A stretch of DNA of 64,000 nucleotides from Longimicrobiales bacterium (GCA_965226375.1 CBDDCX010000008.1:768001-832000); one strand, 5' to 3'. Numbered from the stretch's first letter, positions 28,566 through 39,194 are shown. The notes: generated from the letters alone by a model not told the origin. Program-made: numbers and translations.

Positions 28566-29520
28566 GTCAGCAAGGAAGGTTCTCGTGACGGGTGGCGCTG
28601 GGTTCATTGGCAGTCATGTGGCAGACGCCTACGTGGCGCGGGGTGACCGTGTTTGGGTCGTGGACGATCTCTCCAGCGGGGTCCGGGACAACGTCGGTCC
28701 CGACGTGGAGTTCGTCGAGATGGACATCGCCGACCCTGCGCTACGGGATCTGTTCCGGGAGGTCGGGTTCAATCTCGTCAGCCAGCACGCCGCCCAGATC
28801 GACGTCCGCATCTCCGTGGCCGATCCGGCGCGCGATGCCGGAGTGAACGTGCTCGGGCTCCTCAACGTTCTGGAAGGAGCTCGGGAGACCGGTACCGAAA
28901 GAGTCATCTACGTATCCAGTGGCGGAGTCGTGTACGGCGAGCCGGAAGAGGTGCCCACGCCCGAGTCCGCGCCCAAGCTGCCGCTGTCGCCTTACGGCGT
29001 CACCAAGCTCTCGGGAGAGCACTATCTCCACTACTACCGTCGGGTCCACGGCCTTGAATATGTGGCGCTGCGCTACGCCAATGTCTACGGACCGCGCCAG
29101 GATCCACATGGGGAGGCGGGTGTAGTAGCGATCTTCTGCGACCGCCTGCAGGCCGGCGAAGAGCTCACCATTTTCGGCGACGGAGAGCAGACCCGCGACT
29201 ACGTTTATGTGAGGGACGTGGTGAACGCCAACCTCAGGGCCTCGGACATGACTCTGCAACGAGAGCCCGACCTCGATTCGGTGGCGTTCAACGTGGGAAC
29301 CGGGACGGGGACCAGCGTGAACCGACTTGCCGACGTGCTCGAGGGCATTGCCGGAGATCATCCGGGCCGCGTCTATCGGGGTGAGCGTCCCGGAGAGCTG
29401 CGCCACAGCACGCTTTGTGTGTCCCGCTTCGCCGATCGGGGATGGGCACCCCGTCATTCGCTGGAGGACGGTCTCACAGAGACCTTCAACTTTATCGCAA
29501 ACCGAAAGAATGGGGGCTAG
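28558..29520 (+). CDS. UDP-glucose 4-epimerase-like SDR
   Basis: TGGAGFIG, AAQIDVRIS, SSGG, PYGVTK, RYANVYGPRQDPHGEAGVVAIF. Confidence 0.85.
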   Translation: MSESARKVLVTGGAGFIGSHVADAYVARGDRVWVVDDLSSGVRDNVGPDVEFVEMDIADPALRDLFREVGFNLVSQHAAQIDVRISVADPARDAGVNVLGLLNVLEGARETGTERVIYVSSGGVVYGEPEEVPTPESAPKLPLSPYGVTKLSGEHYLHYYRRVHGLEYVALRYANVYGPRQDPHGEAGVVAIFCDRLQAGEELTIFGDGEQTRDYVYVRDVVNANLRASDMTLQREPDLDSVAFNVGTGTGTSVNRLADVLEGIAGDHPGRVYRGERPGELRHSTLCVSRFADRGWAPRHSLEDGLTETFNFIANRKNGG

Positions 29521-30241
29521 TTTGGGGCTGATTTCGCTCCTCGCGCAGGTCAGGGCACCGACCACGGCGTGGGACATGGTGTTCGGCGGGAGCCTACCGA
29601 CCCGGTTGGTTCTGCTCCTGCTCGCCATGTCCTCCGCAGCCTGCTGGATCCTCATCTTCTGGAAGGCGAAGCAGTTCAGAACCGTGCGGTGGCAGGGCGA
29701 CCGCTTCCTGCAGCATATGGAGCGCGCGACGGGCCTGGAAGACGCCTATAAGGCGATCATCGCGCTCCCCGAGTCGCCCTACGGCCGGGTCTTTCGGCAG
29801 GGAGTGAACTTTTTCAGTGAGCTCAGGCCGGGTGCTCTGCGGGAAGGCGCCCCAGTCGGCGAGGGGCTGTCGCTGACCCAACTCCAGGTCCTCAAGCTCG
29901 TGCTCGAGAAGGAAGAGGCCGAGGAGAGGGACGAGTTGGCCAGGGGCCTCACCTGGCTCGCGGTCATAGGGTCTGTGTCACCGCTCATGGGCCTCATGGG
30001 CACGGTCATCGGCATCACGAACACGTTCCTGGGAATCACGGCTTCAGGTTCCACGAACATCGGGGCGGTGGCACCGGGCGTGGCCGAAGCGTTGGTGACC
30101 ACCGTGGCAGGTCTGGCGGTGGCCATTCCCGCAGTGATCGCCTACAACCACTTTGTGGCGAGGCTCAACCTGGTGAGTGGCGAGCTGGAGGGCTTTTCGA
30201 GCGAGTTCATAGGGACGTTGGCCCGGGAGGGCCGGGTATGA
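29510..30241 (+). CDS. tolQ: MotA/TolQ/ExbB proton channel
   Basis: SPLMGLMGTVIGI, VAPGVAEALVTTVAGLAVAIPA; heads the tol-pal cluster. Confidence 0.88.
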   Translation: MGASLGLISLLAQVRAPTTAWDMVFGGSLPTRLVLLLLAMSSAACWILIFWKAKQFRTVRWQGDRFLQHMERATGLEDAYKAIIALPESPYGRVFRQGVNFFSELRPGALREGAPVGEGLSLTQLQVLKLVLEKEEAEERDELARGLTWLAVIGSVSPLMGLMGTVIGITNTFLGITASGSTNIGAVAPGVAEALVTTVAGLAVAIPAVIAYNHFVARLNLVSGELEGFSSEFIGTLAREGRV

Positions 30242-30290
30242 TGCGTGCTCCCGAGTCCCACGGGGCCGGCCCCTCGGGGAACAACGTCGC

Positions 30291-30707
30291 ATGATGAGAT
30301 CCAGGTCGGGTCGGGGTCGCGACCTCGAGCCCATGGCGGACATCAACGTGACCAGCCTGATCGACGTGGCGTTCACTCTGCTCATCATCTTCATCATCAC
30401 GGCGCCCATCCTGCAGGGGGGCATCGAGGTCGAGGTCCCCGAGGCGGACGTTGCCGCTCTGTCGGCTGAAGACAACACACTTATCGTGTCCGTCGACCGG
30501 GAAGGCACGGTCTACCTGGCCGAAACGCCTGTGAGCCGGGCCGACTTCTCCCAGTCCTTCGGCCAGTTCGTCTCGGGCGGCCGCATCGAGAAGGTCTGGA
30601 TTCAGGCCGACTCGTTGGCCGCCTGGGGCATCGGGGTCGAGATCATGGGAACCATCAAGGACAGCGGACTCCCGTTCGCCGTCGTAGCCCACCAGCGCCC
30701 GAGATGA
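30291..30707 (+). CDS. tolR: TolR/ExbD
   Basis: ADINVTSLIDVAFTLLIIFIITAP. Confidence 0.88.
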   Translation: MMRSRSGRGRDLEPMADINVTSLIDVAFTLLIIFIITAPILQGGIEVEVPEADVAALSAEDNTLIVSVDREGTVYLAETPVSRADFSQSFGQFVSGGRIEKVWIQADSLAAWGIGVEIMGTIKDSGLPFAVVAHQRPR

Positions 30708-31450
30708 CACCGGTCGCGACGCCTCGCCGACAACGGCACGAACGGGTCGGAAAGGGCCCGGTCGTGGGCTCGGTGTTGATTCACTGTATGGCCATCTTCC
30801 TGGCCTGGTGGACCTCGGCTATGGAGCGTGAGATCCCCAACTTTGTCGTATACGAGATAGAGCTGGTGTCCCCTCCTGCGGCCGAGCTTGGGGATCCCAC
30901 TCCACCGCCACCCGAAGAATTGGTCATCGAGACGCCGGAGGAAGTGGTACCGGAGCCTCAGGAGGAAGAACCGCCGCCCAGCATCGAGGACGATCCTCCT
31001 CCCCCTGAGGACCCGAAGCCCGAAGAGGTGACGGCTCCCCCGGAACCCGAGGAGGACCCGACTCCGGCCACCAGCCCCGACCCCGACCCCGATGTGGAGA
31101 CGCCGGGCGAGGATTTGAACGTGCGTATGGAAGGGCTCCGCAGGGACTACCCCGTGTACTACGAGAACATCATCCGGCAGATGCAGCGCTGCTTCCGCTG
31201 GAGAGGGGCCGACACCTATACCGCGAGCATCTTCTTCATCATCAACCGGGACGGAACGGTGTCCGGCATCGATGTGTTGGAGTCGTCGAGTCATACCCCC
31301 TTCGACATCGAGGCCATGGGGGCCGCAGAGTGCGCGGGGAATCGAGGCCGGCTGGGGCCATTCCCCGATGAGCTGCCCTTCGACCAGTTGCCCATCCGCT
31401 TCAATTTCGGTCCCAGGAGCGGTCGTCGTGGCATGGATCTTGACGTCTAA
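30704..31450 (+). CDS. TolA/TonB-like energy transducer
   Basis: N-terminal TM with S-x3-H, Pro/Glu-rich linker, TonB-C-like domain (INRDG...SS...FD). Confidence 0.8.
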   Translation: MTPVATPRRQRHERVGKGPVVGSVLIHCMAIFLAWWTSAMEREIPNFVVYEIELVSPPAAELGDPTPPPPEELVIETPEEVVPEPQEEEPPPSIEDDPPPPEDPKPEEVTAPPEPEEDPTPATSPDPDPDVETPGEDLNVRMEGLRRDYPVYYENIIRQMQRCFRWRGADTYTASIFFIINRDGTVSGIDVLESSSHTPFDIEAMGAAECAGNRGRLGPFPDELPFDQLPIRFNFGPRSGRRGMDLDV

Positions 31451-31539
31451 TGCCCCGGATGGACCACCTCTCGACGGGTCGAGAACTTCGGTACCTGGGT
31501 GCTAACGAACTGAATGTGCGAATCAAGCGGGAGGTGTCG

Positions 31540-32949
31540 ATGAATGTGGACGTGAGAAACGGTTTTCGGGTGAGCGGTTTCCGGTTAGGGATGCTCGCTC
31601 TCGTGGCGGCGATTATTCCCGCCGGACCTGCGTCGGCCCAGGTACAGGACTCCATTCCGGGCGTCACGCTCGGACTCCTCTACGAGACGGGATACCAGCC
31701 GGCCCTGGCCGTTCAGCCCTTCACCGGCCGCCTGGGCGGTGAGGCGTCGGCTTCACGAGTCGAGGCCATCATGGCCCGGGACCTGCGCTACAGCGATCGC
31801 TTCGAGATCATGGACTCCCTTCCGGAGTCGCTGGTGGGCGACGAGATCGACTATCAGCTCTGGGATCAGCTGGGGGCCGTCTGGCTCCTGTCGGGGGCGC
31901 TGGAAGGGGCCGGTGAAGGCTTCGTTCTGGTCATCGAGCTTCATGACGTGGTATACGGAGAAGTGCGCCAGCGCGGGCGCTTTCTCGTGCCCGACGACAT
32001 GTCGGACGACTTCCGCATGGCCGTGCACGTGGCGTCGGATGCGATCGTCGAGTGGATCTTCGACGAACCCGGCATGGCCGCCAGCCGCATCGTCTTCTCG
32101 CGCAGGACCGAGGACGGCAACCAGGAGATCTACTTTATCGACTCCGACGGGGAGAACTTCCGGCAAGTGACGCAATACGGCGATCTGACCCAGATGCCCA
32201 CCTGGTCGCCGGACGGCCAGCGGATCGCCTACATATCGCGCAAAGACACCGGCCTGCCCAGAATCTACGAGTTGAATCTCGAAACCGGAGAGGAAAAGGC
32301 CGTCGATCCGAACCGGCCCGGTGACCACATGACGCCGGTCTATAGCCCGAACGGCCGAGAACTGGCGTTCGCCGTCACAGGGGGCAACCGCAGCGGGATT
32401 TTCCGCTACGATCTGCAACGGGACTGCTGCCTGACCCAGGTCAGCGGTGGGCGCTGGGACGACATTTCTCCGACGTTTTCTCCCGATGGGGTTCGGATGG
32501 CGTTCAATTCCAACCGTCTGGGAACCGCCCATCCTCAGATCTACGTGATGCCCACCGCGGGTGGCGAGGCCGATCTGATCTCACCCTATCTGCACGGCCA
32601 GGAGGGGTACTACACCTCGCCGGAATGGGCTCCCATGGGTGATTACGTGGCCTTCCACGGCCGGGTGAGCCGACGCGGCTGGTATCAGATCCTGGTGGCC
32701 GAAGTGGCGGACCGGGGACGCCGTCTCCGACAGCTCACCTGGGAGGGCAACAACGAAGATCCGAGTTGGGCCCCGGACGGGCGACATCTCGTTTTTGTAG
32801 GACGTCGTGATTGGGGAACCGGGCTCATGGTGGTGGACACGGCCACGGGCAAGTACCGCATGCTTCTGCGCGGCTTCGACGTTCGGGTGCCGGACTGGTC
32901 TCCGTCCCTTCGAACGACGGGACCAGGGTCATTGCGCGGTGGGCCGTAA
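31540..32949 (+). CDS. tolB: TolB
   Basis: DLRYS N-domain; PD40 repeats (WSPDG, YSPNG, FSPDG, WAPDG). Confidence 0.9.
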   Translation: MNVDVRNGFRVSGFRLGMLALVAAIIPAGPASAQVQDSIPGVTLGLLYETGYQPALAVQPFTGRLGGEASASRVEAIMARDLRYSDRFEIMDSLPESLVGDEIDYQLWDQLGAVWLLSGALEGAGEGFVLVIELHDVVYGEVRQRGRFLVPDDMSDDFRMAVHVASDAIVEWIFDEPGMAASRIVFSRRTEDGNQEIYFIDSDGENFRQVTQYGDLTQMPTWSPDGQRIAYISRKDTGLPRIYELNLETGEEKAVDPNRPGDHMTPVYSPNGRELAFAVTGGNRSGIFRYDLQRDCCLTQVSGGRWDDISPTFSPDGVRMAFNSNRLGTAHPQIYVMPTAGGEADLISPYLHGQEGYYTSPEWAPMGDYVAFHGRVSRRGWYQILVAEVADRGRRLRQLTWEGNNEDPSWAPDGRHLVFVGRRDWGTGLMVVDTATGKYRMLLRGFDVRVPDWSPSLRTTGPGSLRGGP

Positions 32950-33078
32950 TTGGGTATATGCCTTAGACCGCCTGGTCTCCCTGAGGGGGCCCAAACGCGT
33001 GTCAACGCAAGCGTTTAAGAAGCGGCTCGCCAGCGCGTGTGAGCCCATAACATGGACACTCCCACGACAGGATCGGGA

Positions 33079-33690
33079 ATGAGGATTAAAGACCTACTCG
33101 TACCGGGCTTGGCCGCAGCACTCGTACTAGGTGCCTGCTCTAGCGATCCGGCACCGCCTCCGGCTCCCACTGGGCCGACCGCCGAAGAGCTGGCACAGCG
33201 CCGGGCCGATTCGATCGCCGCCGCCAATGCCGCGGACGAGGCCCGTCGCAGGGCTGAGCAGGAAGCGGCTGACCGGGAGCGTGCTGCGCAGGATCGCGCG
33301 CGCCGTGAGGCCCGGTCCACCCTGGAAGAGTTGGTGAACTTCGACTACGACGAGTCGGAAATCACCTCCGCAGCTGAGCAAGTTCTGCGACGCAAGATTC
33401 CGATCCTCCGCAATAGCCCGACGGTTCGGATCCGCATGGAGGGCCACGCCGACGAGAGGGGCTCCACGGAGTACAACCTGGCCCTGGGAAGCCGACGCGC
33501 CCAAAGCGTGAACGACTTCCTTACCGGGTTCGGCATCTCCGGAGACCGCTTCACGACTACGTCGTTCGGTGAGGACCGTCCTCTGGTCAATCGCAGCGAC
33601 GAAGCGGCCTGGACTCGGAACCGCCGGGTCGAGTTCGTGATCACGGGTGGCACGGTCGTGGTCAGCGAGGACGACCGGGACCAGCCGTAA
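33079..33690 (+). CDS. pal: Peptidoglycan-associated lipoprotein
   Basis: Lipobox LGAC; FDYDES, EGHADERGSTEYNLALGSRRA, NRRVEF. Confidence 0.93.
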   Translation: MRIKDLLVPGLAAALVLGACSSDPAPPPAPTGPTAEELAQRRADSIAAANAADEARRRAEQEAADRERAAQDRARREARSTLEELVNFDYDESEITSAAEQVLRRKIPILRNSPTVRIRMEGHADERGSTEYNLALGSRRAQSVNDFLTGFGISGDRFTTTSFGEDRPLVNRSDEAAWTRNRRVEFVITGGTVVVSEDDRDQP

Positions 33691-33713
33691 CGCTCAGGTC
33701 GGAGGTCAGGTAG

Positions 33714-34544
33714 ATGAGCTTCACCCCTCCCTCCGGCCCCCTCACCGCGCTAGACCGCGGTAGAGGTGGCCGTGGGGGAGGGGTGTTTCTTTTGTTGGTG
33801 ACGGCCGCGCTCGCGTCCGGGTGTGCGACCAAGGGTGACATCCGGACTTTGACGGAGACGGTTCAGGAGCAGGCCGGCCGCCAGGAACGGCAGCTCCAGG
33901 ACCTGGCCGGCGAGATCCAGGCCCTTCAGGACACGCTGGACATCCAGTCCGACATGGTGGTGGACACCCGGGGGGGGATCGCCAGAGAGCTCAGGGACGT
34001 GCAGGATGCGCTGTCACGCCTCATGGCTCTGACCGGACAGATCCAACGCGAGGTCACGTTGCTGTCGAATCGCCTCGACGCACAGTCGGCCCGGGTGATT
34101 GCGTCGCCAAGACCCGGAGACGCCGACTCGACGGGTGCGCTCGGACCCGATGTCGGTGGAGCGGATCCGGCTGCCGCAGACGCCACGTATCAGGCGGCCA
34201 TGGCCCAATTCAGACGGGGCTCTACGGCCACGGCGGGCCGAGCCTTCGAGAGTTTTCTCGCGGACTACCCGGACCACCGCCTCGCGCCCTCGGCCCAGTT
34301 CTTCCTCGCGGATGTGTACGAGCAGGAGCTTCGCCTCGACGAGGCCGTCGAAGTCTTCCTTCGTATTCCGGAGCTCTATCCGACGGATGATCGGGTGCCC
34401 GTCGCGTTGTACCGCGCAGGAGCCATCTTCGCCCTGCAGGAGAACGTGCAGGAGGCGGTTCGGTACCTGGAGACGGTGGTCAACACCTACCCTGACAGCG
34501 ATGCGGCGGATCTGGCCCAGGAGCTGCTGCAGGAAATCCGCTGA
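33714..34544 (+). CDS. cpoB: Tol-Pal accessory protein CpoB/YbgF-like
   Basis: Lipobox ASGC, coiled coil, C-terminal TPRs ending YPDSDAA; follows pal. Confidence 0.8.
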   Translation: MSFTPPSGPLTALDRGRGGRGGGVFLLLVTAALASGCATKGDIRTLTETVQEQAGRQERQLQDLAGEIQALQDTLDIQSDMVVDTRGGIARELRDVQDALSRLMALTGQIQREVTLLSNRLDAQSARVIASPRPGDADSTGALGPDVGGADPAAADATYQAAMAQFRRGSTATAGRAFESFLADYPDHRLAPSAQFFLADVYEQELRLDEAVEVFLRIPELYPTDDRVPVALYRAGAIFALQENVQEAVRYLETVVNTYPDSDAADLAQELLQEIR

Positions 34545-34556
34545 GGTTCGGGGCCT

Positions 34557-34854
34557 CTAGAGGTCTGTGGAAGGAGTACAGTGGGTCGCGCGACCCGCGC
34601 CTTCGGCGCGGGTGCCCCGGGTCTTGCGAGGCTCAGAGTAGGAACGACGACGAGTCGTAGCAGGGCTACGGCGAGGAGGAGAGACACCCTATGAGACCGC
34701 AACCCCCCTGTGCCCTCCGGGTTAGGGCGGCGAGGGCCCATCGCGGGTGTTGGCGCTCCTCCCCGATACTACAGCACCGCGTCGTCGCGCCGCCTACGCG
34801 CTGGACCCTCGGCGCTCCTAACGCGACCCACTGTACTCCTTCCACAGACCTCTA
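34557..34854. mobile_element. MITE-like structured intergenic element, family A copy 2
   Basis: Perfect 33-bp TIR TAGAGGTCTGTGGAAGGAGTACAGTGGGTCGCG (34558-34590 / 34822-34854); interior matches copy 1 plus an extra hairpin at about 34593-34613. Confidence 0.85.
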
Positions 34855-35352
34855 ATGCGCTGCCCTGAATGCGATGCGACGGAGAACAGGGTCGTCGACA
34901 CGCGAGATAGCCGCGGAGGACGCGCCGTCAGACGGCGTCGGGAGTGCTCGGTGTGCAAGGCCAGGTTCACGACCTACGAGCACATCGAGGAGAGGCCGCT
35001 GCTCGTCTCGAAGCACGACGGCCGGACGGAGAAGTTCGACCGGGCCAAGCTGTTTCGCAGCATTTCGATCGCCTGCGCCAAGCGCCCCGTCACGCAGGAC
35101 GACATCGACGCCCTGGTCGACGGCATCGGGGACGATCTGACCGGTCAGCTGAGTTCCGAGGTTCCGGCTTCACGCATCGGTGAATTGGTCATGGAGCGCC
35201 TCGCTCCGCACGACCGGGTGGCCTACATCCGATTCGCCTCCGTCTACCGGAACTTCCAGGACATCGGTGAGTTCCAAGAGGTGGTCCAGGACCTGAATAC
35301 GCGGGAAGAGGCGAAGGTCCGGTCGCGAAATCAGGAAGAACTCCCGCTCTGA
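34855..35352 (+). CDS. nrdR: Transcriptional repressor NrdR
   Basis: MRCPEC, VVDTR, RRRECSVC, RFTTYE, ATP cone, VAYIRFASVY. Confidence 0.97.
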   Translation: MRCPECDATENRVVDTRDSRGGRAVRRRRECSVCKARFTTYEHIEERPLLVSKHDGRTEKFDRAKLFRSISIACAKRPVTQDDIDALVDGIGDDLTGQLSSEVPASRIGELVMERLAPHDRVAYIRFASVYRNFQDIGEFQEVVQDLNTREEAKVRSRNQEELPL

Positions 35353-35403
35353 CCCGCCCAGGGTCCGCCTTTTCGGCACGCGTAAGGCACCACACACACA
35401 CGA

Positions 35404-36201
35404 ATGTTGAAGCGAACCCGAAATAAACGGGGCGAGATGCCCTTCCTCGACCACCTGGAAGAACTCCGGTGGCGGATATTGTGGACCCTTCTGGCCGTCG
35501 TTCTGGGGAGCGTGGCGGGTTTCGTGCTCGTCCTCGAGTTCGGCGTGCTGGAGATTCTGCTGGCACCCCTCGAGGCCGTCATCGGAGAAGGAGAGAAGCT
35601 CAAGTTCTTCTCCCCGACCGAGCCCTTCTTCCTGGTTTTGAAAATCGGTGTCCTGGTGGGAGTGATCCTCGTATCGCCCATCATCGTCTACCAGATCTGG
35701 GCCTTCTTGTCTCCGGCCTTGGAGCGTCACGAGAAGAGGGCGATCATCCCTGCCCTGTACATGGGCCTGGTGCTATTCGCGGCCGGCGTGACCATGTCGT
35801 ACGTGGTCGCTCTTCCGGTTACGCTGCGGTTCCTGCTCTTTTTCGGTGAGGAGTATTGGGACCCCATCTTGCAGGCGGGCCCGTATCTGGGCTTCGTGAC
35901 CAAGCTGCTGGTGGCTTTCGGCGTGCTCTTCGAGTTGCCGGTGGTGATCATGATCCTCTCGGCATTGGGGCTGGTCACGCCCGCTTTCCTCAGGAAGAAA
36001 CGGCGCCACGCCATCGTCGTGATCACGGTGCTTGCCAGCTTCTTGAGCCCGGGCGACGTGGTCACCGTGACGGTGATGATGATGCTACCGCTTGTGCTCC
36101 TGTACGAGTTCAGCATCCTGCTCTCGGTTCTGATCTATCGACGCCGGGAACGGCATGAGATCGGCGGCGATCCGCCCGACGGATCAGTAGAGACCGGATG
36201 A
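35404..36201 (+). CDS. tatC: Twin-arginine translocase subunit TatC
   Basis: EMPFLDHLEELR, YQIWAFLSPAL, FELP, LYEFSI. Confidence 0.95.
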   Translation: MLKRTRNKRGEMPFLDHLEELRWRILWTLLAVVLGSVAGFVLVLEFGVLEILLAPLEAVIGEGEKLKFFSPTEPFFLVLKIGVLVGVILVSPIIVYQIWAFLSPALERHEKRAIIPALYMGLVLFAAGVTMSYVVALPVTLRFLLFFGEEYWDPILQAGPYLGFVTKLLVAFGVLFELPVVIMILSALGLVTPAFLRKKRRHAIVVITVLASFLSPGDVVTVTVMMMLPLVLLYEFSILLSVLIYRRRERHEIGGDPPDGSVETG

Positions 36202-39194
36202 TGCTCGAGGCTCGGCTCGCCGGTCGCCTCCGCTGTTGGCTCGCTGTCGTTGGAATCTTGGGGGGCGGGTTGGCTGTGTCCGCCCCACTCTCGGCTCAGG
36301 CCGTGGAAGAGGAGGTCGATTCGGCCCGGATCCGGATTCTCGAGCAGCTGGACCGGCTCGCCAAGCCGCCCGGCGTGGACTCGACCCTTTTCCGGGACTC
36401 CCTGAGGGGCCGTGTGCCTCGCCGTACTCCGCCCCCGGCGACGGCGGACACTTTCCTGGCAAAGCTTCTCGAGCTTCCGGGCTACTCGGTGGCCCGCTAC
36501 GAGGGAGCCCAGGCACGCTTCGACGCGACCGACGAACGCTTGATCCTCATCGGCGCGGAGGGATCGCCTGCAAAGCTCAACCAGGGGCGTGAGCGCATCA
36601 CCGCTGCGGATACCATCAGCATGGCCGACTCTTTGGTGTGGACGGCCGGCGAGACCATCACGGAGAGGCCCGGCGAGGAGCCGGTGCGTAGCTCGAATAT
36701 CATCTACGACCTGAGGCAGGGCAGAGGGTCCGCGTTCGACGCTCACACCAAGCTGACCCAGGGTGCCACATGGGTCATGAACGGAGATTTGCCGGCCATC
36801 CTCCCCGACACCGTGTTCGGCCACGACATCAACTTCACCTCATGTGAAGAGGAGGAACCGCACTATCACTTCGCGGCCCGGGAGCTCAAGGCGATCGGAG
36901 GGAGCTGGCTGGTGGCCCGCAACGTCACGCTCAACTTCGGCGATGTGCCCGTACTGTGGCTCCCCTTCATCTTCCAGAGCACGGAGACCGGAAGGCGCAG
37001 CGGGATTCTGCCCATCCGTGTCGGCGTGAACGACATCGTGCGTACGTCGGCGGGGCAGACGCGGAGAGTGTCCAACGTCGGGTTCTTCTGGGCCATCAAC
37101 GACTACTCCGACGCCACGATCGCCATGGACTGGTGGAGCGACAACTTCACGTCGTTGACCGGGGGGTTTCGGTATCGAAACACTCAGAAATTCATGGACG
37201 GACGGGCCAACGTGCGGCGGTTCTGGAGGGTGGACGGCGGCAGGGAGCTCTCCTTCAACGTGGGGCAGAACTGGCAGATGGACGAGCGCACCTCCCTGCG
37301 CGTCTCCGCTCGCTACGCTTCGAGTTCGCAGTTCGTGAGGCAGAACTCGTTCGACCCCAGAGAAGTCACCCAGTCCATCAACTCCGAGGGAGGCCTCAAC
37401 CGGCGCTTCGACTGGGGCTCGCTGTCTCTGAGCGCCAACCGCCGTCAGTTCCTGAGCGACGATCGGGTGGAGATGACGCTGCCCACGGCCAACTTGTCCC
37501 TCAAGACGATTACGCTCTTCAAGGCGCCGGAGAGCCGCGCCAGGTTCTTCAACAACATGACGTGGTCCGGGAGCGCCCGGTTCAACAAGAGCACCGTCGA
37601 CCGGGCACCGCAGGCCGATTCCACTTTTTCCGAGAGCCTGGCCGACCGGAAGAACGAGAGCGGCAGCGTGAGTAGCTCGTTCAACCTCGGAGCCTTTTCG
37701 TGGAACCAGAACCTCAACTACAGAGGTTCGGGCGTGCTGGACGTGCCTGCATCAGTGGCGTTCGCGGGCGATACCTTGGGGCCGATTCCCATCGAGTTCG
37801 TAGACAAGAGTCAAGCCGACATCATGTGGAACATGTCGTTCAACTATCAGCAGCGACTGATCGGAAGTACGACTCTGACACCCGATCTGAGCATCTCCGG
37901 CAGCTCGAAGCGTTCCGACGACATTCCCGAGGCATCGAGCTTCGTGTCGGGCCCTCGTCGAATCTCTTTCGGCGCCCGCCTGAAGAGCGATATCTACGGG
38001 TACTATGGCGGTTTCGCGGGATTCGAGGCGATCCGTCACAAGATCTCTCCGTCGTTCACCTATGCCTATGCGCCGGAGATCATCCCTTCGCTCCTTCAGG
38101 AAACGGTCTTCGGAGCGCGAGAAGCCAAGGCCAGGAACGTGCTCAGCTTTGGGCTCAACCAGACGTTCGAGGCCAAGCGCCCGGACGATGGGACCGAGGA
38201 GGAGCTCGAGGAGGATCTCGAGGATCCCCTCAGCCTTCTGGATGACCCGTTCGCGTCGGACTCGCTACAGGATGCCAGGGCCGACTCACTGGCGGCCGAG
38301 GCCGAGGCGTTGGCGCTCCGCAGAGAGGAACGTGATGCGCAGGGCGGGCCCGAGCGGCTGCCCGCCTCACGGATCCTGAACCTGTTGTCGCTCCGGACCA
38401 GTGTGATCACCTACGACTTCGTGCGCGCCAGAGACGACGACGACGTTCTCCGGGGATTTACCACGACCCGTCTCCAGAACCAGATCAGCTCCGACTTCCT
38501 GCGCGGAATGACCGTGTCCGTGGAGCACGACCTGTTCGATGAGGACGAAGAGGGGAAACGGGCTTTCGCGCCTCTTCTGTCTCAGCTCAACTTCAGCTTT
38601 GCCATGAGCAACACCTCGGGTGTGCTGCTGGCCCTGGGCAGGCTGTTGCGAGGCGGGGACGACGAAGAAGAGGTCGAGGCCGACGCTGCCCCCCGCACAC
38701 CGCAACCGGTGGTGACGCCCGAGGGGGATACGATTCCGGTCTTGGATGAGGATCCTGACGACCTGGATCCTCTTCTGGACGATCTGGGATTGACCGACGT
38801 GTCGGCCGTGGTTCCTAGTTCTGGTTCGCCGGAGGAGAGAAGGCGTGCACGTACTCGAGGGGCTGCGGGTACCTGGTCAGCCAACTTCAACTACTCCCTG
38901 CGCCGGAACCGGGACGTGAATCTGCCGGCCAGCCAGCTGCTCCAGGTGGGGCTCCGCCTCCGCCCCACCGAGCTGTGGAGCCTGACCTGGGGAACGTCCT
39001 ACGACCTCGACGTCCGGAGCTTCACGGATCATCGCATCCGGCTGACCCGAGACATGCACCGCTGGAACGCGAACTTCGACTTCATGCAGACCGCCACGGG
39101 GAACTGGAGCTTCAGCTTTCAAGTGTCCCTTACCGACAACCGTGATCTGAAGTTCGACTACGACCAGCGCAGCTCGGACATCTTGAACAGATAG
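36198..39194 (+). CDS. lptD: Putative LPS assembly protein LptD
   Basis: Signal peptide, FTSC...PHY, RRSGILP, large beta-barrel ending RDMHRW...LKFDY. Confidence 0.8.
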   Translation: MMLEARLAGRLRCWLAVVGILGGGLAVSAPLSAQAVEEEVDSARIRILEQLDRLAKPPGVDSTLFRDSLRGRVPRRTPPPATADTFLAKLLELPGYSVARYEGAQARFDATDERLILIGAEGSPAKLNQGRERITAADTISMADSLVWTAGETITERPGEEPVRSSNIIYDLRQGRGSAFDAHTKLTQGATWVMNGDLPAILPDTVFGHDINFTSCEEEEPHYHFAARELKAIGGSWLVARNVTLNFGDVPVLWLPFIFQSTETGRRSGILPIRVGVNDIVRTSAGQTRRVSNVGFFWAINDYSDATIAMDWWSDNFTSLTGGFRYRNTQKFMDGRANVRRFWRVDGGRELSFNVGQNWQMDERTSLRVSARYASSSQFVRQNSFDPREVTQSINSEGGLNRRFDWGSLSLSANRRQFLSDDRVEMTLPTANLSLKTITLFKAPESRARFFNNMTWSGSARFNKSTVDRAPQADSTFSESLADRKNESGSVSSSFNLGAFSWNQNLNYRGSGVLDVPASVAFAGDTLGPIPIEFVDKSQADIMWNMSFNYQQRLIGSTTLTPDLSISGSSKRSDDIPEASSFVSGPRRISFGARLKSDIYGYYGGFAGFEAIRHKISPSFTYAYAPEIIPSLLQETVFGAREAKARNVLSFGLNQTFEAKRPDDGTEEELEEDLEDPLSLLDDPFASDSLQDARADSLAAEAEALALRREERDAQGGPERLPASRILNLLSLRTSVITYDFVRARDDDDVLRGFTTTRLQNQISSDFLRGMTVSVEHDLFDEDEEGKRAFAPLLSQLNFSFAMSNTSGVLLALGRLLRGGDDEEEVEADAAPRTPQPVVTPEGDTIPVLDEDPDDLDPLLDDLGLTDVSAVVPSSGSPEERRRARTRGAAGTWSANFNYSLRRNRDVNLPASQLLQVGLRLRPTELWSLTWGTSYDLDVRSFTDHRIRLTRDMHRWNANFDFMQTATGNWSFSFQVSLTDNRDLKFDYDQRSSDILNR

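Noticed and set aside
21206..34854. Two family A copies as the ends of a 13-kb composite transposon
   Set aside because: Enclosed genes are core, copy 1 interrupts an apparently coupled rel-uvrB junction, and the outer arms do not match each other.
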